Source: a bacterium (GTDB lineage: Bacteria > UBA8248 > JACPRG01 > G963555815). Taken from it: a stretch of DNA of 64,000 bases. The notes under the pieces were generated by a model that was not told the origin of the DNA, made no database searches, and saw nothing but the letters and a program-made list of their open reading frames with translations. Of the stretch, positions 27,812 through 36,717 are shown piece after piece. The DNA lies in NCBI GenBank assembly GCA_965218795.1, contig OZ244653.1, forward strand, positions 512,001-576,000. The letters run 5' to 3'. Each line of letters begins with the position of its first letter. The first letter of the stretch is position 1. The position numbers and the translations under genes are program-made.

Positions 27812-28578
27812 CGCGCCTCCCTCCTTCGTCCGGCCTCGCCGTCGTCCGAGGTCGAGACCCGCCGCCGCGCCGAGGCCCAGGTCTCCAGGTCGGCGAGCAG
27901 GTAGCGCACCCGGGACCCGAACCGGTGGAACACCGGTCCCTCGCCGCTCACCCGGTAGCGGTCCAGCGTGCGCGGCGACAGGCCCAGCCATGCGGCCGCC
28001 TCCCGCGTGCTCAGGTAATGCCTGCCGTTGTTGTCGTTCATGCGCGTGTCTCCTTTTCGTTCGAGGTCGGCCCCGGACCCGGCAGGCGGGACCGGAGCGG
28101 TGGATGGACCGGGCGGGATCGCCCCGGCGGATGGGTTCGCTGCGTCCGTCACCCCGGCCCGGATGGCCCGGGCCTCTTCCGCGCTCGCATGGGCCGCCAT
28201 CCAGGCGTGCACCCGATCGACCGTGGTCAGCCGCGGCGAGACCCCCCGGCGCAGCCTCCCCATGAAGGACGGATTGCCGACAGCCTCCAGGCCCAATTCC
28301 GAGCTCTTGGTCCCGGTCACGGCCAGGAACGTTTCGACCTCGCGCCGGAACACGGGACCCAGGGGCGGATGCCCCATGAAGGCCAGGACCCGGTCCGCCG
28401 TGGCCAGCCGCACCGAACGCCCCCGCATCTGGGAGCCCACGAAACCCGGATCTCCCAATGCCTCCATTCCGAAGCGCCGGGCGCTCATGTGGTGGCGTAC
28501 GCGCCAGGCCGCGACGGTCCGGCGCAGGCGCTCGTCCAAAGGCATGTCAAAGGGGGTGCCGGGCGTTGTCATGTGCAT
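27808..28578 (-). CDS. Tandem Cro-like HTH domains fused to an excisionase/AlpA-like HTH (copy 1)
   Basis: Internal repeat (ALGDPGFV..RGRSVRLATADRV / AVGNPSFM..RRGVSPRLTTVDRV); C-terminal YLSTREAAAWLGLSPRTLDRYR..GPVF. Confidence 0.75.
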   Translation of the reverse strand: MHMTTPGTPFDMPLDERLRRTVAAWRVRHHMSARRFGMEALGDPGFVGSQMRGRSVRLATADRVLAFMGHPPLGPVFRREVETFLAVTGTKSSELGLEAVGNPSFMGRLRRGVSPRLTTVDRVHAWMAAHASAEEARAIRAGVTDAANPSAGAIPPGPSTAPVPPAGSGADLERKGDTRMNDNNGRHYLSTREAAAWLGLSPRTLDRYRVSGEGPVFHRFGSRVRYLLADLETWASARRRVSTSDDGEAGRRREAR

Positions 28579-28601
28579 GAAAATAAGGGGAACATCCGCG
28601 C

Positions 28602-28629
28602 TTGACAATAGGTATCAGTAGTGTATAAC
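28602..28629 (+). promoter_or_regulatory. Putative sigma70 promoter of the repressor overlapping TAGGT/ACCTA inverted motifs (candidate operator)
   Basis: TTGACA-N16-TATAAC in the divergent intergenic region. Confidence 0.5.
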
Positions 28630-28720
28630 CTACATTTAGAACCTATGCTGCCCATGTCTGCGGTAGGCTGCGCAGCAATGCGGTAAAAAAACCGGGGAGA
28701 CAGCAGGTGGAAGGGAAAGG

Positions 28721-29464
28721 ATGAGTTCAGAGAGAAAGACGGATCCGAGAGAGGCGGTCAGGCGGGACCCGGTCCGGCTCAGGCTGAGAGAACTGCTCCG
28801 GCGGAACGACCTCACTCTCGCCGCCGCGTCGCTGGCCATCGGTCGTAACAAGACCTATCTGCAGCAGTACGTGGACCGCGGGGTGCCCGCGGTCCTCGGC
28901 TATCGCGACAGCGAGGCCCTGGCCGACCTGCTCGGCTGCGGTCCCGGGCAGCTGCGACACGAGACCGTGCCCAAACGCAGGCCCATGAAGCGCAGACGGC
29001 CCCGGCCGCCGGCCGGGCTTCCCGGCGCCCCGGTGGCGGCCATCCCGGAGATCGCGGTGGAGGCCGGGGCCGGGGCGGGAGCGCTTGCCGAGGAGTTCGT
29101 CTCCGAGACGGCGCGCTGGCACTGGCCGGAGAACATGCTCCGCTACGAGGGCGGCACGGCGCCCGAGAACGTGCGCATCCTCAGGGTGCGGGGCAACTCG
29201 ATGCAGCCGGAGATGCGCGAGGGCGACCGGATCGTGGTGGACGTCTCGCGCCGTTTGCCGTCAACGGGGGAGACGTTCGTGCTGTGGGACGGCAACGGGC
29301 TGGTGGTCAAGCAGGTCGAGGCGGTGCAAAGCCATGGGGCGGGCGAGGACAAACCGCCCCGGCTCAGGCTGATCTCCGCCAACCCGGACTACGCCCCCTA
29401 CTCATGCCTCGCCCAGGACGTCCACGTCCTCGGCAAGGTGTTGTGGGTGGTAAGAAGGGTGTGA
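28721..29464 (+). CDS. cI/LexA-like repressor with S24 peptidase domain
   Basis: N-terminal HTH (LAAASLAIGRNKTYLQQY), AG sites, VRGNSMQP serine, VVK lysine, LISANPDY, GKVLW. Confidence 0.9.
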   Translation: MSSERKTDPREAVRRDPVRLRLRELLRRNDLTLAAASLAIGRNKTYLQQYVDRGVPAVLGYRDSEALADLLGCGPGQLRHETVPKRRPMKRRRPRPPAGLPGAPVAAIPEIAVEAGAGAGALAEEFVSETARWHWPENMLRYEGGTAPENVRILRVRGNSMQPEMREGDRIVVDVSRRLPSTGETFVLWDGNGLVVKQVEAVQSHGAGEDKPPRLRLISANPDYAPYSCLAQDVHVLGKVLWVVRRV

Positions 29465-29653
29465 GCGCATGGGTCCGGGAATCAAGGGAGGCGTGGACCG
29501 GGACGGTCGAACCCTTGCACATGCTTCCGGGTGGTCATACGGATCGAACCCGTCACCGCCTTGACCCGCATACAGGGAACCGGTCCATGATGGAAGCGCA
29601 CTGGCGTTCCGATCCACGATCGCCTATATTTCTTCCAGAATGGAGGAAGCATA

Positions 29654-30277
29654 ATGGCGACGAGCATTGTGTCCCAGACCCTGTCGGCGAACGAGGCGGC
29701 CTGTGTGACCGGCGTTCCCCTGAAACAGGTCCACCGCATCATCGACGCTGGCCTGTTGGGCAGCGCCGCCACAAACCACAAGGGCTCCCGTGTCGTCCTT
29801 CGCGACGGCTTGGTGGGCCTGAAGCTCGCCCACGAGACGACGGACACCCTCACCCTCGATGGACGCCGCCGGCTCGTGCGCTATCTCCTCGACAATCCGG
29901 AGGCCCGGGCGGCCCGTGAGAGCCACGTTTCCGTGGACGTACGGCTCATGAAGGGCGAAGTCCGGCGAGGGCTTTCCACGCTGGCAAGGGCGCGGAAGAT
30001 GATCGCGGCCGACAAGGCCGTACTCTCCGGCGCCGCGTGCATTAAGGGAACCCGCATACCCGCTCACGATATCGCCGAAATGCTCGCCAACGGCGACGGC
30101 GTTCACGCAATCCGCGACGCCTACCCGGCGCTCACTGGTGCACAGATCGAAGCCGCGGTCCTCTATGCCCGGGCCTACCCGCGCCGTGGCCGTCCCCGTG
30201 GCGAGCCCTTCTGGCGCAACCGAAAGCCGGTCATCTCGAGCGAGGTCGCCTTCCACGAGCTGCCTCCGACCCGGTGA
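29654..30277 (+). CDS. DUF433-domain antitoxin
   Basis: GGAGG RBS; LSGAACIKGTRIP...YPALTGAQIEAA. Confidence 0.85.
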   Translation: MATSIVSQTLSANEAACVTGVPLKQVHRIIDAGLLGSAATNHKGSRVVLRDGLVGLKLAHETTDTLTLDGRRRLVRYLLDNPEARAARESHVSVDVRLMKGEVRRGLSTLARARKMIAADKAVLSGAACIKGTRIPAHDIAEMLANGDGVHAIRDAYPALTGAQIEAAVLYARAYPRRGRPRGEPFWRNRKPVISSEVAFHELPPTR

Positions 30278-30663
30278 AGTTTCTGATCGACGAATGTCTG
30301 AGCCCCACGCTCGCGACCATCGCCCGAAAACAAGGGTTCCCGCAATCGACGCACGTGAGCTGGCTCGGGTTGAGGTCCAGGAAGGACTGGCTCCTCGTCC
30401 GGCGCGCGATCCGGGACGGGTATGTGCTCGTGACGAACGACACGGCGGATTTTACGTCGCTGATGGAGCGGGAGCACCGCCATCCCGGTCTGGTCTGCAT
30501 GAACGTGGCGCATGGCCTCATGAGCCTCGACGTGCAAACGAGCTTGTTCGAGCATGCCTTGGTTCAATTGGCGGATATCGGCCTTGCCGGCCAGGTTCTT
30601 GAGATCACGCTGACTGCCGACCGGGTTGTCCGGGTGGACAGATATGTGTCGAGAGCCGGATGA
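30274..30663 (+). CDS. DUF5615 PIN-like toxin
   Basis: MKFLIDECLS, VLVTNDTADF, HPGLV; GTGA overlap with DUF433 gene. Confidence 0.85.
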   Translation: MKFLIDECLSPTLATIARKQGFPQSTHVSWLGLRSRKDWLLVRRAIRDGYVLVTNDTADFTSLMEREHRHPGLVCMNVAHGLMSLDVQTSLFEHALVQLADIGLAGQVLEITLTADRVVRVDRYVSRAG

Positions 30664-30734
30664 CCGTCCTGCGCGCGCTTCCCTGACAACGCCGTGCGGG
30701 ACAGGGCGGCGGTTGCTCATGTTGCTCCACGATC

Positions 30735-30795
30735 ACCTGCCGAAGAAGGGCGCCGGGATCGTGCGTCATGGCCGCTACGCCTTCTTCCAGATGGA
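30735..30795 (+). mobile_element. Short IS1380-like transposase C-terminal relic
   Basis: KKGAGIVRHGRYAFFQM resembles IKIGAKVVRHGRYVTFQM. Confidence 0.4.
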
Positions 30796-30854
30796 CGGGG
30801 CGCTACCCGGCATGGAGGAGGCCTGGTTCAAACCGGGCTGTCCGCCCGGGTCCG

Positions 30855-31236
30855 CTCGGACAACGACCGGGTGCTGATCGGCTATTCATCTCTGTTCGAC
30901 GATAGCGGTCTTGTACGTACGGAAGTGATGGTGGAGTTCGCCGCGCTTGCGACCGGCGAGCCCCATGAAGTCCGACCGGTGACATGCGATGCGGCGCGGT
31001 TCCTGCCGGATCTCGCGTTTCCGACGGCCCACCCGACGGTCATGCTCGCCCAGCGCACCTTCTGGGAGAAAGCCACGGCCGCGCATGTTTTCTGCCGCCA
31101 GCAGCGGCCCCGGGGTGAACGCCTTTCTCGGCATTGGCACGACTTGGCGCGCCTGGACGATGCAGGCTTCGCGGTAACGGCGTTGGCCGACCGCGCTCTG
31201 GCGCGCGTTGTTGCTCGCCACAAGGCGGAGTTCTAA
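30855..31236 (+). pseudogene. AbiEii-family nucleotidyltransferase toxin fragment
   Basis: VEF...TGEP, RTFWEKATAAH, SRHWHDLARL; both ends missing. Confidence 0.75.
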
Positions 31237-31362
31237 CAAATCCGCTTTCATTTTGATTGCGAACTACACAACGTGAGTTCCGGGCAAAAGCAAGATAATT
31301 TGCATAATCCAATAATATCAATACGATATTAGGTTTTCACAGTCGATGAAAACAGATCGATA
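31224..31362 (+). repeat. AT-rich ~135 bp dispersed element, copy A
   Basis: Aligns by eye with 45355-45494 and the reverse complement of 39251-39388. Confidence 0.75.
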
Positions 31363-31385
31363 CACCTACCCGAACAAAAGTTTCC

Positions 31386-32156
31386 TCATCGCGTCTCCCT
31401 CCCTCCGGTTCCTCCGTCGTCCGACGTCGAAACCCGCCGACGCGCCGAAGCCCAAGCCTCGAGGGCGGCGAGCAGGTAGTGCACCCGGGAGCCGAACCGG
31501 TGGAACACCGGCCCCTCACCGCTCACGCGGTAGCGGTCCAGCGTCCTCGGCGAGAGGCCCAGCCATGCCGCCGCCTCTGGTGTGCTGAGGTAATTGCTGC
31601 CGTCCTCGTTCATGCGCATATCTCCTTCTCGTCCGAGGTCGGCCCCGGACCCGGCAGGCGGGACCGGAGCGGCGTGTGAGCCGCTCGTCATCGTCCCGGC
31701 GAAAGGGTTCATGAGTTCCTCCACCCCGGCGCGGATGGCCCGGGCCTCTTCCGCGCTGGCCTGGGCCGCCATCCAGGCGCGCACCCGATCGACCGTGGTC
31801 AGCCGCGGCGAGACTCCCCGGCGCAGCCTTCCCACGAAGGACGGATTGCCGGCAGCCTCCAGGCCCAATACCGAGAGCTTGGTCCCGGTCACGGCCAGGA
31901 ACGCCTCGACCTCGCGCCGAAACACAGGGCCCAGGGGCGGATGCCCCATGAAGACCAGGACCCGGTCCGCCGTCGCCAGCCGCACCAAGCGCCCCCTCGT
32001 CTGCGAGGCCACGAAACCCGGGTCCCCGAGCGCCTCCACACCGAAGCGCCTGGCGCTCATGCCATGGCGTACGCGCCAGGCCGCAACACTTCGTCGTAGG
32101 CGCTCGTCCAGAGCCATACCAGTGTGGTAGTCGAGCGTCGTCATGTGCATGAACAT
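31386..32156 (-). CDS. Cro-Cro-Xis-like protein (copy 2, paralogue of 27808-28578)
   Basis: Colinear and highly similar to copy 1 in DNA and protein. Confidence 0.75.
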   Translation of the reverse strand: MFMHMTTLDYHTGMALDERLRRSVAAWRVRHGMSARRFGVEALGDPGFVASQTRGRLVRLATADRVLVFMGHPPLGPVFRREVEAFLAVTGTKLSVLGLEAAGNPSFVGRLRRGVSPRLTTVDRVRAWMAAQASAEEARAIRAGVEELMNPFAGTMTSGSHAAPVPPAGSGADLGREGDMRMNEDGSNYLSTPEAAAWLGLSPRTLDRYRVSGEGPVFHRFGSRVHYLLAALEAWASARRRVSTSDDGGTGGRETR

Positions 32157-32302
32157 AAGGGCAGGGTTCCTGCTTGATAAACGTTATTAATAGTTAAAAA
32201 CCGACTAAACACGATTTTTCTTGCTCGCGTCTGCGGTGGACTGCGTAGCCATCCGGGAAGAAATGAGGTGTTCTCCGCGACGGCGGAATGGAAGGGAATG
32301 AG

Positions 32303-32461
32303 ATGGACTCGGACGGGAAGACGGATGAGAGAGAGGCGATCAGGCGGGACCCGGTTCGGCTCAGGCTGATCTCCGCCAACCGGCACTACGCCCCCCACTC
32401 GTGCCTCGCCGCCGACGTCCACATCCGCGGCAAGGTATTGTGGGTGGTGCGACGGATGTGA
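32303..32461 (+). pseudogene. Internally deleted copy of the S24 repressor (52 aa, in frame)
   Basis: MDSDGKTDEREAIRRDPVRLRL/ISANRHYAPHSCLAADVHIRGKVLWVVRRM joins the N- and C-termini of 28721-29464. Confidence 0.85.
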
Positions 32462-32596
32462 GCGCATGGGTCCGAGAATCAAAGGAGGCGTGGACCGAGA
32501 TAGTCGGACCCTGGCAACTGCACTCGAGTCGTTGTACCTTCTTGACATGTCAATAAATCAGTTGAATTTCTGACGATTCCCTAGATGCTGCTCGCT

Positions 32597-33150
32597 GTGC
32601 CAAGCCTGTCGGAATACATCATGAAACATGCCGCCGTCCTCGAAGAGGGGGAGCAGTTGTGCTCGGCCACCCTGCTGCACTTCGGGAGACGTGGATCAGG
32701 AATTGTCGCGCCTCGCCCGCTCGGGGCAGGTGGTTAGGGAACTGCCAAAGCGTATATATCCCACCCGTTGAGACGCCGTTTGGTTTGCGTCCACCCGCCG
32801 TCGAGAAGGTGATCTCTTCGCTTTCGGTATTCTAGATGAGAAACCATCGTCCCCTGCGGGGGAGCCGCGGCCAACCATCTTTAACAGACAACCTATAGGT
32901 CCCTGTGCGCCCCGTCTAACTGACCTCCAGGTTTAACCGGCAGCTGTGATCGGGCGCATCTTCTGGAAAGGGACACCCGGTTTGTCAGCACCCTGCGCAC
33001 TCTATTTGGCGTGCCGTACCGGGACGATCTGACATTCCAGGGGAAACACCACTGTCCAAGGTCTAGCATGCAATCAAACAGTTTTCGGAAGATATCGATA
33101 TCACCTACGACAACCATGCCGTTGCATCGGATCTGGTGACCAAAACCAGC
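32597..33150 (+). pseudogene. Degraded AbiE type IV TA: AbiEi-like antitoxin and AbiEii N-terminus
   Basis: Frameshifted pieces DQELSRLARSG, PVETPFGLRPPAVEKV, ETIVPCGGAAAN, then LSKV*HAIKQFSEDIDITYD. Confidence 0.65.
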
Positions 33151-33471
33151 GAAAGAGTGCTCTCTTCGACACCCAGCTAGGAGCGCCGCCAACTCGCGCG
33201 CATCGAGCGAAGTGCCCTGTGCATGCGGCAGCGGCCATGCGCTATTGTGGCCGACTGCCAAAAGTGTCCCCTTTCTTATCCGACCACGAGCGCGTGGTTC
33301 TGAATGCATCTTCGAGTACCACCACGTCCTCGTTGAACATGATCCGGAAGAAACTCTTAGGCCTCTCGGTGCAATATGTCATGAAGAGATACCTCAAAAA
33401 CCTGAAATGACGGCCTCGGCCGTTGCGACACGAAACCGTTTTCAGGCAGGCATAGAGCCAGAGCTTGAAGA

Positions 33472-34530
33472 CTAGAAACTGTATCTCAACGAAAGGACGA
33501 CCTTGGTTCCTTTGGATGCGATTAGGCTCACGCCCCGGAGATTCACCCTCGCGTCTTCATAGTTGAGGCCGAAATTCGCGGACAATCCCCGCGCCAGATC
33601 GTATTGGACACCCAGGGCGGCGGAAGTTTTCTCCTCTCCTTCGACCCGGCCGTAGTGGCCTTCGATGGAGAGGCTCACGACGCCGATTTTGATGTGAACG
33701 CCCGATGAGACGTACCATTGCTCGAGGTCCAGGCCGGGCGATGAGAGGGTTTCATAGCACACGCCGAGGTCGAACAAGGCGCTCCCGTAGATGAATTCGC
33801 CCACGCCGCTGACGGCTCTGGTGTCGAACCGCCTCGACCCGTCGGCAGAGGTGAATCCGGCCTCGGTATATCGTCCGGTCAGACGATAGTCCTTATCGCC
33901 GATCGGACGTTGATACATCGCACCAATATCGAAGTTCCCGTCCTCATCCACCACCGCACTCAGGACCCAGGGACCAAAACGGCCCAGATAGCCCCCGCTC
34001 CAGCCATTGAGCGAGCCGAATACGTCGTCGTAGGCCAGGGAGGCTGCTCCCGCCCCGCGCCTACGCCCGGTCTGGCCGCGAACGACCTCCGAAACATTGC
34101 CGCTCACCACCGCGCCCCAGACGCCCCCGATCGAGAGCGCGACGTCGTCCTCGTAATCGTCATCCACCCTGGAGGCGAAACCCGAGTCGGGGTTGTCTTG
34201 CGGGTCGCTGGCGTATCGGCCTGAATAGGTCAGCCTGACACGCCAGCGGTTGGCCAATTGCGTCTGGGCACCGACCTGAAAGCTGCCGTCAAGGCTCTCG
34301 TCCGTGTCGTCGCTTTCCGGACGAAAGGTCCATGCTCCGTCTACCATGCCTCTCAAGACGAGTGTTACGTCGCCGAATTCGGTGGCGAGAGGGGCTTCGA
34401 GCAGCGACATGTCGTCGTAATTGAGAAAGATTTCCTGCGCCCCGGCCGGCGCCGGTGCCCCGATGGCGCAGATGAAAAGCACCGCCGCCCAGAAAAGGCT
34501 AAACCTCGGAGTCGCATTTTGCGTCGCCAT
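33472..34530 (-). CDS. Porin-like outer-membrane beta-barrel protein
   Basis: Signal peptide, alternating amphipathic strands, LGVQYDLARGLS, C-terminal LSLRYSF. Confidence 0.75.
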   Translation of the reverse strand: MATQNATPRFSLFWAAVLFICAIGAPAPAGAQEIFLNYDDMSLLEAPLATEFGDVTLVLRGMVDGAWTFRPESDDTDESLDGSFQVGAQTQLANRWRVRLTYSGRYASDPQDNPDSGFASRVDDDYEDDVALSIGGVWGAVVSGNVSEVVRGQTGRRRGAGAASLAYDDVFGSLNGWSGGYLGRFGPWVLSAVVDEDGNFDIGAMYQRPIGDKDYRLTGRYTEAGFTSADGSRRFDTRAVSGVGEFIYGSALFDLGVCYETLSSPGLDLEQWYVSSGVHIKIGVVSLSIEGHYGRVEGEEKTSAALGVQYDLARGLSANFGLNYEDARVNLRGVSLIASKGTKVVLSLRYSF

Positions 34531-34534
34531 GGTC

Positions 34535-35911
34535 TCAAGCCTTTTTCGGAAAAGTGGAGTGAAAGGCTTGGCGCGCGATGGCGCGACCGGCCGTCAATGC
34601 CTGTGTGTTATCGATTTCCCAATGAACGCCGCCGTAGATGCGGCTGAGCCCGTTTTCTTCCGCCATCTGGCGCAGGCTGCTCCAGCGCCTGATGACACCC
34701 CGAAGTTGCGGCCACAGCACCTCGTCGGGCGATCGACCCGAGAACGAAACGTCGTCGCGGCCATGGATCAGCGCGATCATCTCGGCAGCGGCGGCGGCGA
34801 ACGTGGAATGCCCCGAAGTGTAGGAGGGAAATTCTGGGGTCGGTATGTAGCTGCGCCAGTCGGCTTGCAGTTGCACGTACGGATCGGGGTTGGCGAATTT
34901 GGGCGCGCGGACGCGGATGGCGGTTTCCGGGCGGAGGATGTCGTGATGATACTTGCTATCCCACGCGCTGATGGAAGCGTCGCACTGCGTCATTCCGATC
35001 AGCGCGAAGGCGCGCGCGAGTTCAATGAAGCTCAGGCCGCGATCCTGGAGAATCTGCATGGCTATATAGATCATGTGCCCCGGTGGCGTGATACCCCAGG
35101 GGCCGTCCTCCCAGAAGAGCGCGATCTCCGACTCCGCAGCGGTTCGGATGGAGCTGTCCATCCCCCCGAGACGGCGGATGCGGTCGAATTCTTCGGCGAA
35201 TTCCGGACTTGCGGGATCGTAGAAACCGGAGGCGCGAAACTGCGAACCACTCCTCATCGTCCAGGGCTTGATTTGGCCATGCCCCGGAAACAGGCCGCGA
35301 TCGAAAGAGGCGAACGCCGGCCCCGGCGTCGCGCCGTAAAACGGACCGGTGGGCGCCCATCGCAACGAATCCGCGCGCCGCTTGTAACGGCCCAGATAAT
35401 AGTTCGCCTCGCTCGGTTCGGCGCCATCGTTTGTCCGTATCCCGAGCACCTTACGGGCGGCCGTGCGGCCCCATTGAACGCCGAGGGACTTCGCCTCGTT
35501 CCCGGGAAAGCGGCTCAAGAATCTGGCGCGCTCGAAGAGGGAGGGCTGCTGAAATGCTTCCGCCGCCGCGCTGGCGAAGGCCACGCCGTAGGCGACCTCG
35601 GGATCCGCGCCGCGCGGGCCGATGCCGATGCCGAAAGGTTCGTCATAAGTTTGGAGAATCCCGTTCGCGGCGAGAAATCCGGCGGCCATGGTCAGACTGT
35701 AATTGTATGCGGCCCGCGGAACGAGGATCCTCTGGTTCCGCACCTGTTGTAAGGCCGTATCCACCCAGTGGAAGACGGTGTTCTTGTTCTGGGGTTTTAG
35801 TATCTGGCTCGTATAGGAAGCCTTGTGTCCGTGGGGGCTGACGCACCCCGTCGCGAGGAGTGCGGCGGCGCCCGCCGCGTTCCTCAGAAACTGCCTTCTC
35901 GTGTAGGTCAT
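34535..35911 (-). CDS. Vanadium-dependent haloperoxidase-like / PAP2-superfamily Tat lipoprotein
   Basis: TRRQFL Tat motif, LATGC lipobox, K(X6)RP (KYHHDILRP), PSYTSGHS, SRIYGGVHW. Confidence 0.85.
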   Translation of the reverse strand: MTYTRRQFLRNAAGAAALLATGCVSPHGHKASYTSQILKPQNKNTVFHWVDTALQQVRNQRILVPRAAYNYSLTMAAGFLAANGILQTYDEPFGIGIGPRGADPEVAYGVAFASAAAEAFQQPSLFERARFLSRFPGNEAKSLGVQWGRTAARKVLGIRTNDGAEPSEANYYLGRYKRRADSLRWAPTGPFYGATPGPAFASFDRGLFPGHGQIKPWTMRSGSQFRASGFYDPASPEFAEEFDRIRRLGGMDSSIRTAAESEIALFWEDGPWGITPPGHMIYIAMQILQDRGLSFIELARAFALIGMTQCDASISAWDSKYHHDILRPETAIRVRAPKFANPDPYVQLQADWRSYIPTPEFPSYTSGHSTFAAAAAEMIALIHGRDDVSFSGRSPDEVLWPQLRGVIRRWSSLRQMAEENGLSRIYGGVHWEIDNTQALTAGRAIARQAFHSTFPKKA

Positions 35912-36091
35912 TGCTCGGGTCCTTTATATGAATACAATGAATGAACGGCTTTCCCGGCCTCGCTTATCGGCAAATATATTTTTTCTCCTTGACAGGCTCC
36001 TTATCAGCCCAAGGAAGCGAGCATCCCCAACTCGTGCAGCCCATTCCTGGGTCTGACCGCCAATCTGCCAGCAGAATTGGTGTGTAGCTCG

Positions 36092-36281
36092 CCGATAACT
36101 TCTACTTACGGGATGCGAAGAGTCTCATTGCGCCGCTGAGATACCGCCTTGAGCCGTATGTGTGCCGCAACCGTGCAGGAAAAGGTGCGAAACGAGGCAC
36201 GGAACCCCTCCCAGGTTTTTAGGCTTACGCTTGACATGGCCATGAAATGTGTTATAGAATCCGATAAGTAGAAGTTATCGG
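36092..36281. promoter_or_regulatory. Two inverted lox-like sites (36092-36112, 36260-36282) flanking a sigma70 promoter (36231-36260)
   Basis: CCGATAA-CTTCTAC-TTACGGG and TCCGATAA-GTAGAAG-TTATCGGA; TTGACA then TATAGA/TAGAAT at 16-18 bp spacing. Confidence 0.65.
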
Positions 36282-36467
36282 AATAGAGTAGAGCTATCGC
36301 TTTTTTTTACAATTTCCGTATACCAACGTGACATTTTCTTTGGGCGATTTCTTGTTACGGGCCTATTTACATGACGTTAAGGTAACAACCTCATGTAAAG
36401 AAAAGAGTGCTCAACTTATTCTTGCGCAACGGAATCGTCGGCGAAGTGACAAGGCATCGAGCAGAAA

Positions 36468-36674
36468 ATGAGCCTTGGAGAACTGCATGACAGGCTTGCA
36501 ATACTCAAAACATATTTCACTCGGGAGAAAAAACCCATCGCCCTCAAGCCTACGGATTTTCAACCCTCGAAAGCCGAAACGAAGAAGAAAGTTTGGATTC
36601 CGGCCACGTCAGAGAACATCGCGAAGGCAATGGTTCAGGACGTGAAGCTCAGATTCTCGTCCAGGACCGAATAG
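36468..36674 (+). CDS. Small hypothetical protein
   Basis: 68 aa ATG ORF between promoter and recombinase; no recognised function. Confidence 0.4.
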   Translation: MSLGELHDRLAILKTYFTREKKPIALKPTDFQPSKAETKKKVWIPATSENIAKAMVQDVKLRFSSRTE

Positions 36675-36717
36675 GGCGAATGTTACTTTGGTATGTGATT
36701 TCCCAATTTCTTGAGTC

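Noticed and set aside
35912-36090. Riboswitch in the haloperoxidase leader
   Set aside because: No match to a riboswitch consensus I recognise; an Rfam scan is needed
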